Source: Geosiphon pyriformis uo1
Taxonomy: Eukaryota; Fungi; Glomeromycota
Assembly: GCA_016748015.1 (NCBI GenBank)
Contig: JAAOMT010000135.1
Span: forward strand, 310,001 to 374,000
Direction: 5' to 3'
Length of the DNA: 64,000 nucleotides
This document shows positions 55,494 to 64,000 of the stretch, one piece after another. The notes beneath the pieces were generated by a model that saw nothing but the letters and a program-made list of their open reading frames with translations, was not told the DNA's origin and searched no databases. The first letter of the stretch is position 1, and the number at the start of each line of letters is the position of its first letter. A program made the translations under genes and the position numbers.

Positions 55494-57202
55494 CCGCACA
55501 ACAAATTTTTGAGTCCAATAAACAAATCTGCTTGAAACATAATATCTCGATCCCAAATATTTACATTCCAGAAGGAACAAAGAAAGTCTGAGTTACTTTT
55601 TACAATTCTAACAGTTACCCCATAGTTTTATTAAATAACATAGAAATTGGAGTTATTCACAGTAACATCTTTCAACAAGAATTACCCCAGACAGTTCTCA
55701 ATTTCTCAGAAATCATTGAACATTCACTACCAAAAATCAACCCAAATCCCAATTCTAAAAACTACCATGTTGTCATAGAAAAACTATCTCAAATCAACAT
55801 AAGACAACTTGAACTATAACAACAGAGCCAGTTCAAAGAGCTAATTGCAGAATTTGCCAATATCTTTGCTGAAAACAACAATGACTTAGGAAGAACCGAT
55901 TTGGTTCAACATCAAATTTATACAGAAGATACCAAACCAAGGTGACAACAAGCCTACCAAGTTGCTCCAGAAAGTCACCAATTTATCCGTGAAGAAGTAT
56001 AACAGATGCTCAACAATGGGCTTATTCAATCATCAATAAGTTCATGGGCTTCACCTGTGGTCTTAGTTAAAAAGAAAAATGGAAAGATACAATTTTGTGT
56101 TGATTATCAACAACTTAACAGTGTCATTATTGGAGATGCCTACCCTCTTTCCCAAATTGATGACATGCTAGATGCTCTTGGGAAGTCCAAATACTTTTCA
56201 ACATTAGATTTAGAGAGTGAATACTGGCAAGTTGCTATGGATCCCAAAGATCACCCCAAAACAGCATTCACCACTCAAAAAAGAAACTACGAGTTCAACG
56301 TAATGCCTTTTAGATTATGCAATACACCAGCAACATTCCAAAGACTCATAGACATTGTTTACAAAGGCCTCCTTTGGAAATCAGTAGTTGTTTATCTCGA
56401 TGATACTGATGTTTATTCATTATCTTTTGAATTACACTTAAAATACCTGCACAAAGTTTTTCAACGATTATGGAAAGCAGGATTAAAACTGAACATCAAA
56501 AAATGCTACTTCGGAAAAATGAGTTTGGCCTTTCTTGGTCACATTGTTAGCAAAGATGGAATTAAACCAGACTCTGGAAAAATCAGCACTGTCAAAAACT
56601 TCAAGACTCCACAAAATACCACAGAATTAAGAGGATTTATTGGATTAGCATCCTATTACTAAAAATTTATTAAAAGATTCTCAAAAATCATAAAATCTCT
56701 CAACCAGCTTACTACTAAAAATGTCAAATACAAATAGACGGAAGAACACCAAAAAGCTTTTGAAATTCTCAAGGAAAAGCTGACAACAGCTCCAATTCTC
56801 ACCTACTCAGACTTCAGTAACCAATTTCGACTAGCTACAGATGCTTCTTACACTGTTTTTGGTGCCATCTTATTATAATTAGATAATAATAGAAATAAGC
56901 GAGTAATCGCTTATGCTAGTAGAACATTAAAACCAGCCGAAAAAAACTACCTTGCCACAGAACTAGAAACAGCAGCCGTAATTTGGGCCTTACACCACTT
57001 CAACCTTTATCTCAGGCCTAAAGAATTTGATATTATCACTGATAATATTGGACTCGAATGGCTTCAGAACAAAAACACCCAACTGAACACAAAACAAACC
57101 CAATGGACAGGATTTTTAGCCAACTACCAATACATTGTACACCACAAACCAGGAAAACTCCATATCAATATTGATTGTTTCTCAAGAATGAGGCAAGATT
57201 AG
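55494..57202 (+). pseudogene. Element B reverse transcriptase and RNase H
   Basis: SWASPVVLVKKKNG, FCVDY, FSTLDL, MPFRLCNTPATFQR, YLDD, FLGH, LATDAS, IAYASRTL, ELETAAV, IITDN, DCFSRMRQD*. Confidence 0.95.
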
Positions 57203-57251
57203 AAAACAAAACCAACACTCATTTGAATTAACAGCAACAAAACAACAGATA

Positions 57252-58637
57252 ATGAACCCTGAAAACTACAACAATCTTAAACAATATCTGGAGACATTAA
57301 CAATCCCAACAGATTGGTCCCCAGATGAAAAACATTGGTTACAACAACAAGCCAAACAATACTTCTTACACAAAAATATTATTTATTATCGAAACTTCAG
57401 AAACCTAGACAATCTGCTCAGATTAATACAAGAACATGAAAAAGAAACCATTTTATATAACATGCACTCAGACTCTTCATTAGCACACCTAAGAAAAGAC
57501 AGCACCACCCAGAGAACACTAGAATATTACTTTTGGCCTCAAATAAGAAAAGACATTTATGAATATGTTAAATCTTGTAATAGTTGTCAAAGAAGAGAAG
57601 AAGCTTGCCCTACAAAACTCTTAAACCCAATCAAAGTTGGACAGCCTTTTGACTAAGTTGGTATCGATTTAGTCAGACCACTACCTATCACAAACCAAGG
57701 AAACCGTTATATTGTAGTAGCTGTAGACTATCTTACCAAATAGCCTAAAGCCAGAGCCATTCAACGAGCAGATGTGAAATCAGTAGCAAACTTCATCTAC
57801 AAAGACATCATTTGTAGACATGAATGCCTAATAGAACTTTTATCTGATCAAGGAACACATTTTGTAAACAATTTAATCCAGGAAATTTGTGGACAATTTA
57901 ATGTCAAGAAACCATTATCTTTGCTCTACTATCCACAAACAAATAAACTTGTAAAACATTTCAACAAAACGTTGTGTGAATCATTAGCCAAAGTCTCAAC
58001 TGATTTTGAGCAAGAATGGGATCTCTTTATTCTATCAGTGTTATTAGCATATAGAACACTAAAACAAGATACCACAAAACACACACCATTTGATTTAACC
58101 TACGGAAAGACAGCAATGTTACCAATTAGTTTCATAATGAAAACATATTCAGTACAACCAATTAATAAAGACAACTTTCAGGAAACACTACAACAAAGAG
58201 CCTATACTCTGCTTAGCACATTGGAAGGAAAATGACAAATAGCAGCCACTCATATTTAACACTCCTAAGCTTAACAAAAAAAATGGCATAACAACAAATT
58301 ACCTCCAGTTATCAATGAATTTAAAATCGGAAACAAAGTTCTTTTACACAGAACTAAAGCTGAAAAACAATAAAATGAAAAATTTGAAAATAAATGGGAT
58401 AGACTATTCTTTATTCATGAAGTTCTAAGCAATGGATCATATAAGCTAAGACTTGATGACAAAATCCTAGCAAAAGTTGCACATAGAAATCGTTTAAAAC
58501 ACTATAATTCCAGACACAATCCTGAACCATTAATTCCACAAATTGGTACACATTCTTCTTTAATCAATCCCGAAGATATTCCCTGAAATTTAGAATTAAT
58601 AGTTGTTATTGAACAACCTCCCAACTTGAACACTTAA
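57252..58637 (+). pseudogene. Element B integrase (HHCC, DDE core, GPY/F-like tail; no chromodomain seen)
   Basis: H..H..CNSC, IDLV, SDQGTHF, FNKTL, TPFDLTYG, FKIGNKVLL..KW....GSYKL. Confidence 0.92.
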
Positions 58638-58807
58638 CTTAAATTTATTATTATAGTTATCTTCTTATAATTTAGAAACAATCTCACAAAAACAAAGCAA
58701 AAATAACATAAAAACCCATACACCAAAAAATAATTTCAATCTATTTTCTCACTCAAATTTTTATAATAACTATCCATCAAAATATTCAACAAATATCTCA
58801 AAAATTA

Positions 58808-59485
58808 ATGCTAGCTTTAAAGACAATACCCAAATTATCTATCACTATTACAGGAAAACATATTAATTATACCCAAACAGAAATAGTTGCCAATTTAGCC
58901 CCAAATTCACAAAATTATTACCCCTACAAAAAGAACACAAGAAGTTATTCTGGAATTCATCTACCAGAACTTTTGAAGCTTGCTTTAAGAGAAAATTTAA
59001 TGCTCACTCCTATTAGTATTCTACCAAATGCTACTATTCAACAAAAACTTCAACTGTGTCTTAATAAAGAAAACCATGACTATACTCCAATATATAGATA
59101 TTTCTACATTGGAAAAACACTTCATAAATGAAAACAGGAGCTTACAGCAGCAAACCTTACAAAAAAAGCTATTCAGAAACAACTCCACAATGAATTCAAA
59201 ACAACAGCTGGACCTACAAACAGTCGCTATAAACTAAAAACTGTTCTTAGACTTTATGACCTATTCCACACCTGTAAAAACGTCCTACAAAACCCAATTT
59301 TACAACCTTTGAAAATTCAATACATTGGAAAGCTCACAGAACTGAATTTTCAACAATTTTCAGACCAAATTTCTTCAATAATTTTGGATTACTATCTGGA
59401 AATTACAGACGGTACTTGGACTTCAATGGAGCTCAGTCTTGAGAAGGAGGTTATGTTACCAAATGAAATTAGAAATATTGCTTAG
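58808..59485 (+). pseudogene. Element B extra 3' ORF (ORF3) of unknown function
   Basis: About 225 codons open except one TGA at 59129 (plausibly from CGA). The frame runs through the PPT into the LTR. Confidence 0.6.
59441..59453 (+). other. Polypurine tract of B
   Basis: GAGAAGGAGG-TTA directly before the 3' LTR. Confidence 0.85.
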
Positions 59486-60424
59486 CATGAAATTACTCTT
59501 ATAATTCTTATCATTAATTAGCATTTCAAATTATCACTTATTACATTAGCAAAATATCCGAAATTATCATTTAATTAATAACCCAATTTGTACATAACAC
59601 AAATGTAACCTAATTGTGATGATCAATTATGCAATACCCCGAATTATGTAACATTCAAAAAGTTTGCCGAAATTTGTAGAAATTCACCAAAATAATTGAT
59701 AGTTCACCGAAATATCTAATAGTTTGCAGAAATAACTTGTAGTTTGCCAAAATGTATTTCTAGTTCAGCAAAATTAAAGAAAATAGCAAAGTTCAAGTTT
59801 ATAGAATAGTGTTACGACAAGTTGTATAAAAGAAGAGCTTCTCTCTTTGAGAAAATGTATTTTACTTTAGATTTATCACTTAAAACCATTCCTATACACA
59901 CAAAAAGAAATAAATATCAAATAATTCAAAAAAACCAAATTCTTTAATTATTGCATTTGGAAAATTCCCAAAATTCAACTAACGTTTTGAAATTGATTAG
60001 CTACTAATTTCAATAAATTGTTAGTGACTTCAGGCCTGAATAGAAAACGTTTCCCTTGATAAAATCCTATTTCTTTTACATTTCTTTTATTTTTCTTTTT
60101 TTTTCTTATTACAATTATTAAGGTAGCCTACAGACAAGATTCCTGTAGAAGAGTTGACTTTCACAGCAAAGTAACTACACATTTTTAGTGAGCTTTCAGA
60201 CGAGCAATTCTTGGGAAAGAGTTGATGTTTCCTACAACGTAACTACATAAAGTAACTGGCAAGGAATTGGTCATTCCACTTATAAGCCCAGCAGTTCAAA
60301 TTATAGGAGATAATTTGAAGATAAATTCAGTTATTGGAGGTTCAACCACATCCAGAAAACGTGAATTCACAGCAAACAGGCATCAACAACATTTAGGAAA
60401 AAAGACCAAAAACCTCTAGTAACA
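59454..60424 (+). repeat. 3' LTR of element B (971 bp)
   Basis: Direct repeat of 44573-45522 with one extra 20-bp unit. Confidence 0.97.
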
Positions 60425-63400
60425 ACATCTATTACATCCATAAACAATCCAAGATGTAGTCATTCATGTTCAAGATTTTAAATCAGCCAAGCTAAAAGCT
60501 AATTATGTTCAAGCCATAAATCTAATAATGAACAGATCATCTAATTTGGATTCTAAATTGAAACAATTCAGTAATTCAATCAATCAGAAATTGAAAAAAT
60601 ACTTAGTTAACAATTAAGCAATTTATTAATTTTTACAAAATTGTGAAAATTCAGGAAATTCCAACCATATTTAACAACAGTTGTATTTGTTATCATCATC
60701 AAATCAACAGTGACAACTAAAAATGCATAATTGCTACCACTATAGTAGACAAAACCATCTAAAAATAGACTGCTGCTTTAAAGAAAATAATTAACAATCA
60801 AGAAACCAATACTGAAATTCTAATTGCAGATTTTAAATTCTGAACTATGCCAGTAATCAATTACCAGAATAATACTAATATTAACTACATTATGCTTAAG
60901 TGACACAGCCAATTTATCAGCCACAAATTTATCAAATATTAACACTAATGATTTATTAACTGCTCCAGCCCCAAATTATTTATCAGCCTTAATTAAATCA
61001 GAATCAACCTTAGAATCCACCTCAAAATAGAAGTCAAAGACTGAGAACTACTCAGATCTGTCAAAATTGACAATTAGCAATAATAATACACTAACCAATC
61101 CCCAATTTAGCTGCTCAGCAATCTGAATTATGGCAACCAAATTCAAGAACCAACTATGCCCAAAACTATTTAAGTTTCTTGGTATTTCCAAAAATTGCCA
61201 TATCCAATCCATTGAAAACCAATCAAGAACAAACTATACCTACCAGCAATATTCTACCAGCTACCATCATAAAAGATAAATTGCTTGTTGTAATATTCTC
61301 TTTCAAGATTGAAGAACCAGTCCTCACATTTTTATTCAATGGAATTGTCCTTGAGACTAAACTTATTACAGTCATATATACAAACACCAAAGTAGATAGC
61401 CACTTAATCAAATTAATTTTGGATAATGATTCAGTAGACAATATTATTATATAACAACTTATGGACCAATTAGGTTACTGAGTTGATTACATTGTCAATG
61501 CCAGAATTATTACAGCTAATAAAGCCACTAAAACACCCATTGAAGAGATTAATAACTTTCTTTTTAAAGTCAATAATATTATTGTATTCATCAAAATATT
61601 AGTAATAGAAACCATCTAGTACCAAGCTCTAGTTAGTAATAACTGGTTGTTTAAAACCAATGCCATGCTTGATTGGAATACCCAAGAATTACAACTGAGC
61701 CAGAACAGCCAGAACATTTAAGTACCAGCCATTTGTGAATATTTCAAGACTATTACTGATAAGCAGCCACTAATTGAATTAAAAAAAGAAAAAAAAACCT
61801 ACCTAAAAAGCATATCAAGTATTATGGGTTAAAAAAGAACATAATAAGCTACTGCCAATTCTATCATGAGACAACAAAAGAAAAAAAAAAGAAAAAAACA
61901 AACCATAAACCACTACTAATACCAATAAAACTACTGACAATTGGTACACATCATACTTAGTAGACATGAGGAAAGAACCACTTTACATTTCTTTTAGATA
62001 TATTAACTGCAAAAAAAAGTTGTTATCTATAAGAGCTTGGGTAGTGTCAAATAAAAACTACTGGATGTGTACCTGGTATTATTGCAAACCATACCACTAA
62101 GAACGTTTTGGTTATCCAAAATAACAAGAAAAATAGAACAATAAATTATGTCTTGCTTGTGAAAAGATGCTGCTTGATAAAAGAATGTGAAATAACATTT
62201 CTGGTCAAGGAGAAACATGTGATGCATCATGTTAATACATGATCTTTATTAACAATTGAATAAGCTAAAAAACACTTTTTAATGCCACATAGAACCAAGC
62301 ACTCTCATATTTAGACAGTTATCTACATAATAAAAACAAAATCTGGCGAATGGCAAGTGCTAAAATCAAAAATGTTTTGCTTAATAAAATATTAACAATT
62401 AAAAACAATTTACCAGAACTGGTTAAAACTGTTCTTATTCCCAACTCAAATGTATTTTTTGATATTTTAAGTAATCCAAAACAATTTCATAAACACTATT
62501 AAGACCTAGCATCTATTAGAGAAAAGCAAGAGCAGTGTTTGGATCAATTAAATACAAAGCTGTGTAAATATTGTTTAATTTCCAGTAACTTCAAATATTA
62601 TAATGATTGTGATCTCATTTACAATCTATTACCATGCATAATTTATTTAATCTCCAAAGAAAAAAAACCAATCAGCAAGTACACAGTAGAATTGGAATTA
62701 AAATTCAACTTAAATTCAGATTCTAACAATAATAACAACAATGATTCTAACTTTGTTTACTATGGCAACAATAACAATTCAAACTCCAATTATAATTTCA
62801 AATAATATATCATGCTCCCAGATCTGTTAATGAAGCAGGAACTAAAATGATTCAGTAATAATAAGGAAAGTATTATGCCAAAACATGTACATAATATTAA
62901 TACAGAGTTTAATCTCAGATATCTAGAAAAAATGGCTATCAAATTAAAATCATATTTGCACACTAAAATTGATCTAAAAATAGGACTAAAAATTCTAGCA
63001 ACAACAATAGTTCAATTAGCATCTAGATCTAATTTAGTGAAGAAGAAAATTAACATCAGAGGAGGAATAATTAACACAGAATATATAAAAAATATTATTG
63101 CAATGCTACAAAACAAATCAGAAAAACCATATATAATTGAACCAAATGAAAAAATAGCACAGACAATATTTCTACTTCTAATAAAAATAGCTTAATTAGT
63201 GCTAGTAAGAACAAGAAAAGAATTAAGAATCACAGCCAAAGAGAAAAATGGATTCGGATTAATGGGTAGAATAGATATACCAGTCAATTTAGCAAAGAAA
63301 AAAGCAATTAATAAAAGAGAAATTATCTCCACCCATTAATCAGTTTTCATTCCACCATATGACTAGTATATGTTAGTAATAGAAAGAAAAATAAAAGATC

Positions 63401-64000
63401 AGTCTCAGATTTTTGAAGCAGAACCAACTATTTGTGAATCAGAAAAAATTGGAATTATCAATCTCTATATACTGGCTAAGAACTGCAAACACATCAAAAT
63501 TTTTATCTACAATACAACTAAAGACACTATTGAAATACTAAGTGGTACTACCATTGGATATTTAAGCATTAAAGTTGAGAACCAACCACTAAACACCATT
63601 CCAGATTTTTCACAATTATGTGAATATATAGATATTATATTATAAATAATATACAGACAAAAAAAATATTATTTGTTTCAACCAAAACAATTAAACCAAA
63701 TAAACTTGGAAAACTTAGATCTATTTTAACATATGTAGCTCAAAATGTTATTTAACAATTTTACTAATATTTTTGCCAGTAAAAACAAATTTAGCAGAAC
63801 TGACATTATCCAGCATTAGATCAAAACTGGAGATGTTATGCCAATTAAACAATAAGCATATAGAGTACCAACAAGCCATGAAATCATCTAACAAAAAATC
63901 AACAGAATATTGAACAATAAGTTAATTCAACTATTAATAAGTCCATGGTTATCACCAGTGGTACTGATTTGAAAGAAGAATAGAAAAATCCACTTTTGTA
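60425..64000 (+). mobile_element. Ty3/Gypsy element A, continuation: gag C-half, protease, Cys-rich domain, dUTPase, RT start; runs off the window
   Basis: Frame resumes LLHP after the TSD. LILDNDS, CLAC..TCDASC..LCKYC, TEFNL / SRSNL / GGIINTEY / KIAQ / GFG, SPWLSPVVL..KKN..IHFC. Many stops. Confidence 0.88.

Larger units (their letters stand above)
44573..60424 (+). mobile_element. Ty3/Gypsy element B, full-length, inserted in gag of A
   Basis: Two ~95% identical LTRs with TGTTAC...GTAACA termini, 4-bp TSD ATAT/ACAT, PBS-like site, PPT, and gag-PR-dUTPase-RT-RH-IN order. Confidence 0.96.

Noticed and set aside
58808-59485. Calling ORF3 an envelope gene (endogenous retrovirus)
   Set aside because: No signal peptide, fusion peptide or TM anchor visible.

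Overview
Eukaryotic, intron-rich, very AT-rich fungal DNA. Gene content and repeat families suggest a Glomeromycotina/Mucoromycota genome; the repeat proteins remind me of Geosiphon pyriformis repeat-derived hypotheticals, but that is inference only. Left half (5.3-37.3 kb): housekeeping genes separated by heavily decayed non-LTR relics and microsatellites. These are ARG8, an SSK2-type MAPKKK, an AMMECR1-family gene, a Tom20 fused to a SMYD-type SET domain, ARPC5, NECAP, a divergent STE20-like kinase and an orphan ORF. Right half (39.3-64 kb): a four-level transposon nest. A LINE (RT+RNase H) is interrupted by Ty3/Gypsy element A, which is interrupted by full-length element B (44573-60424), which is interrupted by inverted, internally deleted element C (49442-55493). 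All three LTR elements share an unusual Gag-PR-Cys-rich domain-dUTPase layout. B also has its integrase in a separate reading frame and an extra 3' ORF. Strongest candidates for new biology: (1) the Tom20-SMYD fusion with a possible intron-retention switch, (2) near-exclusive C>T/G>A decay of repeats that is not limited to CpG (RIP-like), (3) the dUTPase/zinc-domain Gypsy lineage, (4) ORF1-only retroposons sharing the LINE 3' tail. Exon boundaries and alignments were done by eye.
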